The notes: a model not told the origin generated them from the sequence alone. Shown: positions 17,194-27,599, numbered from the stretch's first letter. The stretch: DNA of 64,000 bases from Minisyncoccia bacterium (GCA_044341565.1 JBIIRM010000001.1:74527-138526); one strand, 5' to 3'. Numbers and translations are program-made.

Positions 17194-19434
17194 ATGGGTA
17201 AAAAATCCTCATCGATTATCGATTTGAGACATCCTCAAACGAAATCGATAGGCGAGAATATAATACAATATACAGAAACAAATACACATGTAGAATTCAG
17301 CCCTCTGGATAACTTTGAATTACCTCTAGAAGGAGAGGAAATCATCATACAAGAACAGATACTCTATACTATTCCCGATGAATCAGAGCTTCATATTACT
17401 TTTATTCCTCAATCTGCCAAACAATATACAGGTAAGAAAAAAATATCAAAATCAAAACCTATATTACAATATAGAATAAGTAATAAAACAATATATGCAT
17501 CTCGCGCCTCACTTGGTGTATTTTTATCCTTATGTTTAATTATGGTAACAAGTATACCATCTCTCCGAATGATAAATAATGGTATACGAGTAAAAGATAA
17601 TCTTACTTTACAAGCAGCTGCAAGTGAGAAATTATTAGCAAAAACAGATACTAATAGTATTCAGGGGCTTGCTAATTCATTGACAGAAATTTCAAATGGG
17701 CTGAATAAAAGTGCTGAAGATATATCAGCAATACAAGGGAATCTATCAGGACTATTATCTATATTACCAGGATTATCAGTTATTCAAAATAGTAGTGAAT
17801 TAACTGAAAGTACATCCGAGGCTATTGCCCTTTCTGGAGAATTATCTGAGGCTATACAGCCATTTATTAATCAAGATATTAATCCATTTGATACGAGTAA
17901 ATCAGTGACATTAGTCGATGGGGTACAGAATATACAAGAAATTAATAAAAAACTTGTACCGGCTCTTGATAAATTAGATACAAATTTGAATAATCTGCCT
18001 CTTAATCTCATACCTGGTCATAGAGGAGATATGTTACGCCAATTACATACAGATATTCCCAAATTAAAGCAGGTATTACAAGATTCAGATCAATATGTAA
18101 ATATATTTTTAAACTTTGTGGGTAGTGATAGATTAAAGCGCTATGTATTTATTTTTCAAAATAATCAGGAGCTTCGAGCTACCGGAGGATTTATTGGAAG
18201 TTTTGGCCTAATGAATTTAGATAGAGGGGTAGTAAAAAGTCTTGATATTCAAGAAATATATAATCCAGACGGTCAATTATTAAAGCAAATTTTAGCCCCA
18301 GGGCCATTACAAGAGCTTACTCCTCGCTGGTATCTAAGAGACTCAAATTGGTTTGCTGATTTTCCAACTAGTACTCAGAAAATCATTTCTTTTTATGAAA
18401 AAACAGGTGGTATAACTCCTGATGGGGTGATATCTCTTACTCCAACCGTAATAGAGAGATTATTAACTATTACAGGACCCATTAAACTCGATAATTATGG
18501 CGTCACAGTATCCGCTGATAATTTTGTTAAAATCACCCAATATCAAACGGGAGTAGTCTATGATAAGGAAATCAATAAACCAAAGCAATTTATCGCAGAT
18601 TTAGCACCAATGCTTATTAATAAATTATTATCAGCTGATAGTAAGCAATATCAAAAAATTATAGAAGCTTTAAATAATTCTTTTCAAGAAAAACATATCT
18701 TATTATATTTTCTGGATCCTGAATTACAGAATATTGTAATAGATAATAATTTGGGGGGTAAATTATATGAAACCAATAAAGATTATTTATCAGTAGTGCA
18801 TACCAATATTGGGGGATATAAGACAGATGGGGTGATAGAAGACTCTATGGAAATTAATACAAAAATACAAGATAATGGGGCTATTATTAATACAGTAACG
18901 GTAAATCGTAATCATAAGGGGGGAGACAGTGAATATGAATGGTGGAATAAAGATAATATTGATTATATGCGTATATATATCCCAAAAGGAGCTCGTATAC
19001 TTCAAAGTAAAGGATTTACTGATAGAGGAGAAAAAAAATCACCAGATGGTATCGCCTCTTTTGATCAAGATGCTGATTTGGTAGCTGTGAATAGTACTTT
19101 AATACATAATAAAGATTGGCGTATTGATACATTTGAAGAAAGTGGTAAATCCGTTATTGGGGGTTGGCTTGTCACTAAACCAAAAGAAATAAGTCAAATT
19201 ACGGTTGAATATGAATTACCATTTAAAGTTCAAAAGGGGGATATATATTCTCTTATATTACAAAAACAGTCAGGAAGTATCGGGGTAAGATATCAATATA
19301 ATTTGGAATTACCCTCTAAATGGAAATCTGATTGGAATAATTCTTCTTTTGATTTACAAAAAACAGATAGCGGATATAGTGTCACAAATGGTATACTAAG
19401 AACAGATGAATTTATTGGACTTCAGACAAAATAA
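17194..19434 (+). CDS. Large single-pass membrane protein with a long extracytoplasmic domain (possibly DUF4012-like)
   Basis: 746 aa; ~100 aa N-terminal cytoplasmic region, one TM (LGVFLSLCLIMVTSI), then coiled-coil-like and globular region (…QNNQELRATGGFIGSFG…); the family assignment is from memory and uncertain. Confidence 0.35.
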   Translation: MGKKSSSIIDLRHPQTKSIGENIIQYTETNTHVEFSPLDNFELPLEGEEIIIQEQILYTIPDESELHITFIPQSAKQYTGKKKISKSKPILQYRISNKTIYASRASLGVFLSLCLIMVTSIPSLRMINNGIRVKDNLTLQAAASEKLLAKTDTNSIQGLANSLTEISNGLNKSAEDISAIQGNLSGLLSILPGLSVIQNSSELTESTSEAIALSGELSEAIQPFINQDINPFDTSKSVTLVDGVQNIQEINKKLVPALDKLDTNLNNLPLNLIPGHRGDMLRQLHTDIPKLKQVLQDSDQYVNIFLNFVGSDRLKRYVFIFQNNQELRATGGFIGSFGLMNLDRGVVKSLDIQEIYNPDGQLLKQILAPGPLQELTPRWYLRDSNWFADFPTSTQKIISFYEKTGGITPDGVISLTPTVIERLLTITGPIKLDNYGVTVSADNFVKITQYQTGVVYDKEINKPKQFIADLAPMLINKLLSADSKQYQKIIEALNNSFQEKHILLYFLDPELQNIVIDNNLGGKLYETNKDYLSVVHTNIGGYKTDGVIEDSMEINTKIQDNGAIINTVTVNRNHKGGDSEYEWWNKDNIDYMRIYIPKGARILQSKGFTDRGEKKSPDGIASFDQDADLVAVNSTLIHNKDWRIDTFEESGKSVIGGWLVTKPKEISQITVEYELPFKVQKGDIYSLILQKQSGSIGVRYQYNLELPSKWKSDWNNSSFDLQKTDSGYSVTNGILRTDEFIGLQTK

Positions 19435-19435
19435 T

Positions 19436-20374
19436 ATGAATATACAAGAAAATATTGCATTAAAGGATATATCTACCTTCAAAATTGGGGGCAAAGCTCA
19501 ATATCTTGTATATGCTGAGAATCAACAAGATATTATAGACTCTTTGCGATTTGCTCAGGAAAAAGACTTACCCATTGGATTAATTGGAAGTGGCTGTAAT
19601 TTATTAATCCAAGATGATGATATAGAGGGGTTGATTCTTAAAATGAATACAAAATCAATAGAAATTAAGGATAATCAATTATTTGCTGAAGCAGGAGTCA
19701 GCTTAGCTATGCTAGCAAATTTCGGACATAAAGCTAATTTGGTGGGATTAGAATGGGCCCCATCTGTCCCATCCAGTGTAGGAGGGGCTATTAGAGGGAA
19801 TGCAGGAGCCTTTGGTGGGGAAACTAAGGATAAATTAAAACAAATTCGAGTATATAGGGATGGGGCTATTGAAGATATTGATAGTAGTGGCTTAGATTTT
19901 CATTATCGCTATAGTAGCTTTAAGGAGGAGGATAATACGGATATTATTTTAGGAGGATTATTTGAATTGGAAAAAGGTGATATAGAGGCAAGTAGAATGC
20001 AAATTAGAGATAATATTATTAAAAAAAGCCAAAATCAACCCGTTGGTGTTGCCTGTTCAGGATGCATATTCAAAAATTATGAGGGGTTTATTAATGAGAA
20101 TCTTTATAGTCAATATCCGGATTTAAAGGTATTTGTGGCGAAAGGTATTATACCGAGTGGATATTTAATTCAAGAAGCTGGTCTCAAAGGATTTACTAAA
20201 GGGGGAATTCAAATTAGTGAGAAACATGGGAATTATATGATTAATACGGGAACAGGTACATATGAAGATGTTATTAAACTTATTGATATTGTAAAAAAAC
20301 GAATATTTGAGTTATTCAGCGTGCATATTGAGGAAGAGGTGGTATATTTACATAAACAAATGAAAAAAAGATAA
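19436..20374 (+). CDS. murB: UDP-N-acetylenolpyruvoylglucosamine reductase
   Basis: LKDISTFKIGGKAQYLVYAEN is the MurB FAD-binding N-terminus; start taken at the in-frame ATG at 19436, because the tracked ORF start at 19406 overlaps the upstream gene. Confidence 0.8.
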   Translation: MNIQENIALKDISTFKIGGKAQYLVYAENQQDIIDSLRFAQEKDLPIGLIGSGCNLLIQDDDIEGLILKMNTKSIEIKDNQLFAEAGVSLAMLANFGHKANLVGLEWAPSVPSSVGGAIRGNAGAFGGETKDKLKQIRVYRDGAIEDIDSSGLDFHYRYSSFKEEDNTDIILGGLFELEKGDIEASRMQIRDNIIKKSQNQPVGVACSGCIFKNYEGFINENLYSQYPDLKVFVAKGIIPSGYLIQEAGLKGFTKGGIQISEKHGNYMINTGTGTYEDVIKLIDIVKKRIFELFSVHIEEEVVYLHKQMKKR

Positions 20375-20375
20375 T

Positions 20376-21071
20376 ATGTCTAATATACCCATTATCATAA
20401 TCATCATTGCCTCTTATATACCGAGTTTTGCATGGCTTTATTTTGTTTTATCACAAGATATACATCCAGAAAAAGAAATTGATATTGCCAAGGCTTTTAT
20501 ATTAGGTAGCGCAGTAGCGATACCCGTAATATTATTTGGTATTTGGGGTAGAGAAGTATTGAATATAGCATCTATTTCATTGTCTCCCACCATCAATAGT
20601 TTTGTATTTGGAGCTTTGATAGAAGAGATTATGAAGGGATTATTTATTTACTGGTTTGCAATCAGTACTAGTCGCTTGAATGAGCCTATTGATACCTTTA
20701 TTTATGCTGCAACATTGGCTCTTGGTTTTGCTGGTATTGAGAATTTAGCCTTTGTATGGAGTTATGCAACGAATATAGATGAAATGCAGAATTTACTGGT
20801 ATTACGTACCTTTACAGCGGTATTGGTGCATATTATATCGAGCTTTCTTGTAACCTATGGAATAGTATTCTTGGTAAAAAAGAACAATATCATAAAAGGA
20901 TTATCTCTTATTGGTTCGGGAATTATGTTTCATGGATTATGGAATTTGGCTATAGAGATGTCACGCATATCGGGAAATGGAATTATAGCAGCTATATACT
21001 TTCTTATTTGTTTACCAGTCTTTTTTGGTATGATTTTGACGATAAAACATCTAAAAATTATATCAAAATGA
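20376..21071 (+). CDS. PrsW/CPBP-like intramembrane metalloprotease (probable)
   Basis: 231 aa polytopic membrane protein with EEIMKG (EExxK), HIISSF and FHGLWN motifs typical of the PrsW family; TGA stop. Confidence 0.4.
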   Translation: MSNIPIIIIIIASYIPSFAWLYFVLSQDIHPEKEIDIAKAFILGSAVAIPVILFGIWGREVLNIASISLSPTINSFVFGALIEEIMKGLFIYWFAISTSRLNEPIDTFIYAATLALGFAGIENLAFVWSYATNIDEMQNLLVLRTFTAVLVHIISSFLVTYGIVFLVKKNNIIKGLSLIGSGIMFHGLWNLAIEMSRISGNGIIAAIYFLICLPVFFGMILTIKHLKIISK

Positions 21072-21162
21072 AATTATTTGGGGATAACACTTGCTTTTTT
21101 TAAAAATATTTGATAGTATAATAATAATGCAATACATCTAGTAGTAATTCATTTAAAAAAGT

Positions 21163-21681
21163 ATGTCTAGCATTTTACGGAAATTAACAGGAGCAGTAGA
21201 TTTTGAAGAGTCAGATCCAGCGATTGAAGATGATATCCAAGAAGATTTAAGAAGTAGATTTGTTGGCGTAGCAGATTCACCTGAATCTTTGTATACAGAT
21301 AGTTCAGAGACAACTATTGTAAGTCAAACTAGTTTTCAAACAGATGACGAATTAGTAGAGGGAGCTCTTACTATTGATGTGTATCAAACAGATAATGATA
21401 TTGTAATTGTATCTACCATTGCTGGGGTTACAGCAAAAGATTTAGATGTATCTATTACCAATGATATGGTAACAGTTTCAGGAGAAAGAAAAAATCCAGT
21501 AAAAGTTCGACAAGAGAATTATTTTTATCAAGAATGTTATTGGGGACCATTTTCTCGTTCAGTAATACTTCCTATTGACGTAGATGCTGAGAAATCATTA
21601 GCTGAGCTTAAAGATGGAGTTTTGACCGTAACTCTTCCAAAATCTGAAAAGGTTAAGATTAAGAAAATTCCTGTAAAGTAA
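21163..21681 (+). CDS. Hsp20/alpha-crystallin family small heat-shock protein
   Basis: 172 aa; alpha-crystallin domain (LTIDVYQTDNDIVIV…VTVSGER…GVLTVTLPK). Confidence 0.8.
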   Translation: MSSILRKLTGAVDFEESDPAIEDDIQEDLRSRFVGVADSPESLYTDSSETTIVSQTSFQTDDELVEGALTIDVYQTDNDIVIVSTIAGVTAKDLDVSITNDMVTVSGERKNPVKVRQENYFYQECYWGPFSRSVILPIDVDAEKSLAELKDGVLTVTLPKSEKVKIKKIPVK

Positions 21682-21732
21682 ATTGTAATAATGTGAGTGT
21701 ATAAAAATTTCCTTTTGGGGAATTTTTTATAC

Positions 21733-21761
21733 TTGACGATTCATCTATTTAGGTGTATACT
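21733..21761 (+). promoter_or_regulatory. Strong sigma70-like promoter for rplJL (TTGACG-17-TATACT)
   Basis: TTGACG 21733-21738, 17-nt spacer, TATACT 21756-21761. Confidence 0.55.
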
Positions 21762-21767
21762 ATCAGA

Positions 21768-21903
21768 CAAAGCTATAAAGCCAGAGACCATAAGCAGTGT
21801 TTACACAGAAGACTTATGTAGGTAAAGCAGTATATCACTGTATTTATCTTGTCTCGGCGGAAAGGTCGAGCTTTTTTGTTAGATTAATAGAGAAAATACC
21901 GTT
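21768..21903 (+). ncRNA. Probable rplJ 5' leader (position of the L10-leader autoregulatory element)
   Basis: ~135-nt untranslated region between the promoter and the rplJ ATG; assigned by position only, fold not verified. Confidence 0.3.
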
Positions 21904-22428
21904 ATGGCATTAACCAAGTCACGCAAAAAAGAAATGTTGCAAGAATTGCAATCTACAATTTCTGACTCACAGGGAATGGTATTTACTGATTTTCAAGGTT
22001 CAGGGGTATCTGCTTTACAGACACTTCGAACTCAATTGAGAGTAGAAAATGCTCGATATAAAGTTGTAAAGAAAACCTTATTCAATAAGGCTTTACAGAA
22101 TCTTGGATTCGAAGTTTCATTAGCTGAACAACTTCCAGGAAATCTAGGAGTTGTATTCGCTGAGGATCCAGTATTTGGAGCAAAAGTAGTAAATGATTTT
22201 GCGAAATTAGCTCCCAAAGATACCTTTACCCTTTTAGGAGGATTATTAGATGGTCAATATCTTGTAGCTGAACAAGTTACTACTCTTGCCAAACTTCCTA
22301 CCAAGGAGGTCTTGCAAGCTCAAGTTGTTGGAACTCTTGCAGCTCCAATGACTCAATTCTTGCAAGTAACATCAGGAGTAGCAAGAGGTCTCGTTACCGT
22401 AATTTCGGCTTATCGAGATACGAAATAA
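21904..22428 (+). CDS. rplJ: 50S ribosomal protein L10
   Basis: 174 aa; L10 family; precedes rplL. Confidence 0.85.
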   Translation: MALTKSRKKEMLQELQSTISDSQGMVFTDFQGSGVSALQTLRTQLRVENARYKVVKKTLFNKALQNLGFEVSLAEQLPGNLGVVFAEDPVFGAKVVNDFAKLAPKDTFTLLGGLLDGQYLVAEQVTTLAKLPTKEVLQAQVVGTLAAPMTQFLQVTSGVARGLVTVISAYRDTK

Positions 22429-22447
22429 TTAAGTTAAGAATAACTAT

Positions 22448-22846
22448 ATGTCAGAAGAATTCACAGTACCCGCAAAATTTGAAAAGATTGTTGATGAGAT
22501 CAAGAATCTTAGTGTTATTGAATTATCAGAACTTGTAAAAGTTCTTGAAGAAGTTCTTGGTGTATCAGCTGCAGCTCCAGTTGCAGTAGGTATTGCCGCT
22601 CCAGCCGCAGGAGATGCTCCAGTAGCTGAAGAAAAGTCAGCTTTTGATGTTATCATTGAAGATGCTGGAAGCTCAAAAATTCAAGTAATCAAAGTAGTAA
22701 AAGAAGCTACTGGACTTGGACTTAAAGAAGCTAAAGATATCGTAGACGCAGCTCCTAAAGCTGTAAAAGAAGGAGTTTCAAAGGCAGATGCTGATGAACT
22801 TAAAGCTAAATTACAAGAAGCTGGAGCAACTGTTGTTGTTAAATAA
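22448..22846 (+). CDS. rplL: 50S ribosomal protein L7/L12
   Basis: 132 aa; Ala-rich hinge and C-terminal domain …[39 protein letters not shown]…. Confidence 0.9.
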   Translation: MSEEFTVPAKFEKIVDEIKNLSVIELSELVKVLEEVLGVSAAAPVAVGIAAPAAGDAPVAEEKSAFDVIIEDAGSSKIQVIKVVKEATGLGLKEAKDIVDAAPKAVKEGVSKADADELKAKLQEAGATVVVK

Positions 22847-22867
22847 CAATTCCTTTCTGTAATAAAC

Positions 22868-22897
22868 AAAAATCCCCCCAAAAGGGGATTTTTGTTT
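22868..22897 (+). terminator. Rho-independent terminator after rplL
   Basis: AATCCCC-CCAAAA-GGGGATT hairpin followed by TTTGTTT. Confidence 0.65.
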
Positions 22898-22944
22898 ATG
22901 GGAGAATAATGATATACTAAGTATAATTAAGTGATGATAGTTTA

Positions 22945-23655
22945 ATGATTTTAGTATTGCAATTCAGAACCGATCAATCTGGTTGGCATGAAGTAAAATG
23001 TATCTATGATAGTGTAGAAAAAGGATATAATGATTTTCTTTTTATGAATATTATGTCACCTTTTGTAACTACAGAGATGATATTAGATAAATTATCTCAA
23101 GCTAAAGCTGTCATTTTAGGTGGTTTGGGTGAAGGTGGTTATGAAGATGAAGAGCCTCATAAAGTTGAGGCAAGACAAACCATGTTGCAAAAGATAACTC
23201 CTATTATTGAGACAATTAGAGATAGGAATATACCAACTCTTGGTATGTGTTTTGGACATCAAGTTATTGCGGATATATTGGGGGGTGAAGTTGTATCAGA
23301 ACCAAGCATGGCAGAATCAGGTATTGCAGAAATTATATTGACTGAAGAAGGGAAAAACGATCCTCTGTTGGCTTCAATGCCTGAAATATTTCATGGTATT
23401 GTGAGTCATAAATCATCAGTAGTTGAGCTCCCAAAGGGAGCCGTATTATTGGCATATTCTAAAAAATGTCCAATACAAGGATTTCGTTATCAATCACATA
23501 TATATGGATTACAATTACATCCAGAATTGGATTTAAATGATTATCATTTTCGTATGCAATTATATCCAGAATATACAAAACATAAAGTGAACTATGATGA
23601 GAATCAAGAAATTATTGCTAAGCAAATTCTTACTAATTTTTTAAATCAAATATGA
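22945..23655 (+). CDS. Class I glutamine amidotransferase-like protein
   Basis: 236 aa; MILVLQFRTDQ start strand and nucleophile elbow LGMCFGHQ; TGA stop overlaps the next ATG (ATGA). Confidence 0.55.
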   Translation: MILVLQFRTDQSGWHEVKCIYDSVEKGYNDFLFMNIMSPFVTTEMILDKLSQAKAVILGGLGEGGYEDEEPHKVEARQTMLQKITPIIETIRDRNIPTLGMCFGHQVIADILGGEVVSEPSMAESGIAEIILTEEGKNDPLLASMPEIFHGIVSHKSSVVELPKGAVLLAYSKKCPIQGFRYQSHIYGLQLHPELDLNDYHFRMQLYPEYTKHKVNYDENQEIIAKQILTNFLNQI

Positions 23656-24251
23656 AAGCAGGAATATATTTAGGTATTGATACAGAGTTTACAGGACAAC
23701 ATCCTCATAAACATGGGCTTATAGAAATAGCTTTATTAGTATTAGATAAAAACTTACAAGAAATCGCTCATTTTGAAACCCTTGTTATACCCCCTGAAGG
23801 CTTTGAAATTACTAAAGAAGCAATGAATATTAATCATATTGATTTAGATAAGGTAGATGCAGATGGTATTGATTATCAGGAGTTAGTCAAGAAAATGACT
23901 CGATTTGTACGCAAGTATTTTGAAAATAAGCCGATATTATTTGCTCATTTTATTCCCATGGATTTTGCGTATCTTAATTATATTTTTGATAGTGTTGGTA
24001 AAAATAATCTTTTTTGGAGAGAATTAATAGGTCATAGTATTATTGATACTAAGGCTTTAGCCAATACCATTAATCTATTGCATATACGAAAAGGTAAGGA
24101 TATTATGTTTAAATCCACCTCTCTATCCAGTCCAGGAGGTCTTACGGATATTTTGGGTATTACTGATTATGAAGCTCATACCGCTCTTGGGGATGCTCGG
24201 GCTACAAGACAAGTACTGATTAAATTATTAGATATTTTAGATACAGTATAG
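23652..24251 (+). CDS. DEDD-family 3'-5' exonuclease (DnaQ-like) domain protein
   Basis: 199 aa; Exo I motif GIDTEFTG, later H/D motifs (…HTALGDARAT…). Confidence 0.55.
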   Translation: MKAGIYLGIDTEFTGQHPHKHGLIEIALLVLDKNLQEIAHFETLVIPPEGFEITKEAMNINHIDLDKVDADGIDYQELVKKMTRFVRKYFENKPILFAHFIPMDFAYLNYIFDSVGKNNLFWRELIGHSIIDTKALANTINLLHIRKGKDIMFKSTSLSSPGGLTDILGITDYEAHTALGDARATRQVLIKLLDILDTV

Positions 24252-24289
24252 TATACTAAAAGAATAAAATTATACTTAATTATACATAT

Positions 24290-24859
24290 ATGGCATATAT
24301 AGAAAAATCATTTAATATTCCTAATAATACAGGATTATCTAAAGAGCAAATTTCAGTACATCTTGGGCTTTATGCAGGATATGTAAAGAATACCAATGCA
24401 TTATTAGAAAAAATTCAAACTTGGCCGGCTGAAGGAGATATGATTGCATTATCAGAATTACAGAGACGCTTAGGATTTGAGTTTGATGGAATGCGTCTAC
24501 ATGAATATTATTTTGGTCAACTTGAAGATGGGGCTCAATCTATGAAGGACTCTAAACTACTTGATATTATCGTTAAACAGTACGGTTCATTTGAATCATA
24601 TTGTGCTGATATCAAGCGATTAGCTTCAATGCGAGGAATTGGGTGGGTTATAACATATTATGATGCGGTGAGTGATATGTTGATCAATTCATGGGTATCT
24701 GATCATGAGCTGGGTCATTTAGCTGCATTACCTATTGTCTTTACCTTAGATATGTGGGAGCATGCTTTTATGGTAGATTATCGACCTGCTACAAAACTTG
24801 AATATGTTGATCAGTATGTATCTTTAGTAAATTGGGACATTGTAGCAAATAGATTATAG
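24290..24859 (+). CDS. Fe/Mn-family superoxide dismutase
   Basis: 189 aa; C-terminal DMWEHAFMVDYRP…NWDIVANRL parallels the SOD DVWEHAYY…NWDVV signature. Confidence 0.75.
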   Translation: MAYIEKSFNIPNNTGLSKEQISVHLGLYAGYVKNTNALLEKIQTWPAEGDMIALSELQRRLGFEFDGMRLHEYYFGQLEDGAQSMKDSKLLDIIVKQYGSFESYCADIKRLASMRGIGWVITYYDAVSDMLINSWVSDHELGHLAALPIVFTLDMWEHAFMVDYRPATKLEYVDQYVSLVNWDIVANRL

Positions 24860-24863
24860 GAAA

Positions 24864-26894
24864 ATGGCTGAGAATTTACTATTAAAACTTGAATTTAATA
24901 CTCCAAATGGCTATATTCCTTTTCCAGATATACAGCCGCAACATTATATAGAGGCTATACAATATCATATTGATATTGCTCATGAGAGAATTAAAGCTAT
25001 TGAAGAAATATCTGAGTCAAACTTTGAGAATATAATTGAGGATTTAGAATTTGCTGTATATGAAGTATACTATATCTATGGTATTGCTGATAATCTTAAT
25101 TATGCTGAAACAAATCCTGGATTACAAGAACTATTTGCAGAGTTAAGTGAGATAATTACTCATTTTGGGAATGATATTTCTCTCAATGAAAAGCTTTTTC
25201 TTCAGGTAAAAAAAATATATAATGATAAAGAACATATTGATTTAACAACGGAGCAAAAGACTTTACTAGAAGAGACATATTCTTCTTTTGTACGCAATGG
25301 AGCTTTATTACATAAAGAGGAAAAGGAAAAATTACGGGAAATTGAAGTAGAGTTATCCAAAATTACTTTACAATTCCAGCAAAATGTTTTAGCTGAGAAT
25401 AATGATTATAAACTTATTATTACGGATAAAGCTGATTTAGCAGGACTTCCAGAATCTATTATTGCAAGTGCCCAGAGCAAAGATAATCCTAATGAATGGA
25501 TATTTGATTTGTCTTATCCTTCCTATATTCCTTTTATGCAATATGCAGATAATAGGGAATTGAGAAAAGAATTATTCTATGCGTATAATACAAGAGGGGC
25601 TAAGGATAATCAATGGGATAATAGAGAGGTATTAAAGCGTATTGGATTATTAAGACAACAAAGAGCGAAATTACTTGGATTTGAAACTCATGGAGATTAT
25701 GTATTAGAAAAACGTGTATTACAAAAGCCAGATGAAGTAAAGGAATTATTAGATGCCCTGCTCACAAAAGCTATTGATATGGCTCGAGATGAAATTGCAG
25801 ATATCAGTGAATTTGCAAAATCCGATATTGATGAGCTTCGAGCCTATGATTATGGTTATTATTCAGAAAAAATAAAACAAGCTCGTTATCAATTTGACGA
25901 GAATAGTATTCGGGAATATTTCCCTTTACATCAAGTATTACAGGGAGTATTTGATATAGCCAACAGCTTATATGGAATAGTCTTTATTAAAAGAGAGGAT
26001 ATACCAGTATATCACTCCGAAGTAGAAGTATATGAGGTGCAAGAAGCTGATGGATCTCATATTGGTATTCTGTATCTTGATTTTTATCCTCGCCCAGGTA
26101 AACAATCAGGAGCTTGGATGACTGAATTTAGAGCTGCATCATATCAGGAGGAAGAAGTCTATACTCCTCATATATCTCTTGTTCTTAACTTTTCTCGACC
26201 TCAAGGAAATACTCCATCCCTACTCACCTTACAAGAGGTCTTAACGTTATTTCATGAATTTGGCCATGGCCTGCATGGATTATTTGGAAAGGGATTATAT
26301 CCTTCTCTTACTGGAACTCGTGTCTATAGAGATTTTGTAGAATTACCATCACAATTGATGGAGAATTGGGTATATGAACCCACAATTTTAGCAAAAATTG
26401 GTAGGCATTGGAAAACAGGAGAGTCAATTTCAGAATCTGATATTAAAAAAATTCAAGATATTGCCTCATTTCATGAAGCAGCAGCTACAATACGACAAAT
26501 ACGATTTGCTAAATTAGATTTAGCTTGGCATTATGATATACAGGATTTGGAGAATACTGATATTACAAGTCTCGAAAATCAAATTAATCAAGAAACAAAA
26601 TTATTCCCAGAGGAGATAGGCGTTCTTATTAGCCCAGCCTTTAGTCATATTTTTTCAGGAGGATATTCAGCAGGATATTATAGCTATAAATACTCAGAAT
26701 TATTAGATGCTGATGCTTTTGAATATTTCTTATCGCAAGGAAATACTCTTGATGCTGAAATTGGAGCTAAATTCCGAGAGCATATATTATCTCGCGGAGG
26801 ATCAGAACATCCATTAATACTGTATAAACAATTTAGAGGACAAGAACCAAGTATAGATGCTCTATTAAGGAGACTCGCTAAATCAACAAAATAA
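24864..26894 (+). CDS. M3-family zinc metallopeptidase (oligopeptidase A / Dcp-like)
   Basis: 676 aa; HEFGHGLHG zinc-binding motif; size typical of M3A. Confidence 0.7.
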   Translation: MAENLLLKLEFNTPNGYIPFPDIQPQHYIEAIQYHIDIAHERIKAIEEISESNFENIIEDLEFAVYEVYYIYGIADNLNYAETNPGLQELFAELSEIITHFGNDISLNEKLFLQVKKIYNDKEHIDLTTEQKTLLEETYSSFVRNGALLHKEEKEKLREIEVELSKITLQFQQNVLAENNDYKLIITDKADLAGLPESIIASAQSKDNPNEWIFDLSYPSYIPFMQYADNRELRKELFYAYNTRGAKDNQWDNREVLKRIGLLRQQRAKLLGFETHGDYVLEKRVLQKPDEVKELLDALLTKAIDMARDEIADISEFAKSDIDELRAYDYGYYSEKIKQARYQFDENSIREYFPLHQVLQGVFDIANSLYGIVFIKREDIPVYHSEVEVYEVQEADGSHIGILYLDFYPRPGKQSGAWMTEFRAASYQEEEVYTPHISLVLNFSRPQGNTPSLLTLQEVLTLFHEFGHGLHGLFGKGLYPSLTGTRVYRDFVELPSQLMENWVYEPTILAKIGRHWKTGESISESDIKKIQDIASFHEAAATIRQIRFAKLDLAWHYDIQDLENTDITSLENQINQETKLFPEEIGVLISPAFSHIFSGGYSAGYYSYKYSELLDADAFEYFLSQGNTLDAEIGAKFREHILSRGGSEHPLILYKQFRGQEPSIDALLRRLAKSTK

Positions 26895-27449
26895 TTATTT
26901 TACTGCAATATATAAAAGTATTGCCCATAATCCAAACCAAGATACTAAGGTAATTGTCCAGGCATTAAATGATTTGATAGGAAATTTAATAAATCCTTGC
27001 CTTCGATTGAGATCAACTAATGTAAGAGAGGCTAGTGTTGCAGAAATACAAGATAATATACACCATGGACAAATAGCTCCAATTTGGAAAAAGGCAAGAT
27101 AAGTCCAAATATAGGATATAATGACAGCAGGGAATGTTATTGACATTGCAATAAGCATAAAAGGCTTAGATAATTGTTTATGAGTCAAGAGATATAATAC
27201 GGTAAGCCAAGCCATTGGCCAACCAATCATACCAAGCCAGGAATTAGGAAATCCAAACATAGTAGCATAAGTGCTATCCATAACTTTGCCACAATCAATC
27301 CAAGCATTAATACTACATCCTGGTATATAAAGTGGGTTTTTTAAAATTAAATATTTCTCAAAACTAATAATAAAGGCAGCTGAAAATCCTGTGATAGAGA
27401 AGAACAATAATAAAAGACTATGAGGGAAATATAAGATTTTTTTAAACAT
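26895..27449 (-). CDS. Vitamin K epoxide reductase (VKOR)-family membrane oxidoreductase
   Basis: 184 aa; loop cysteine pair (GCSINAWIDCGKV) and a TM CxxC (AICPWCILSC), the VKOR hallmarks. Confidence 0.5.
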   Translation of the reverse strand: MFKKILYFPHSLLLLFFSITGFSAAFIISFEKYLILKNPLYIPGCSINAWIDCGKVMDSTYATMFGFPNSWLGMIGWPMAWLTVLYLLTHKQLSKPFMLIAMSITFPAVIISYIWTYLAFFQIGAICPWCILSCISATLASLTLVDLNRRQGFIKFPIKSFNAWTITLVSWFGLWAILLYIAVK

Positions 27450-27570
27450 AATAATAGTATGTATATAATCAAATATAGTATATCATATCGTATATTAGGT
27501 TACAAAAGAGAATAAATAAACTCTAAATCGAAGGGGTTTTTATTAAATACATTTTTAACGCACTAATATC

Positions 27571-27599
27571 TTGACAAGAGTCTTGAAATCTAGTATTAT
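27571..27599 (+). promoter_or_regulatory. Putative 16S rRNA promoter (TTGACA-17-TATTAT)
   Basis: TTGACA 27571-27576, 17-nt spacer, TATTAT 27594-27599, ~130 nt upstream of the 16S 5' end. Confidence 0.45.
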
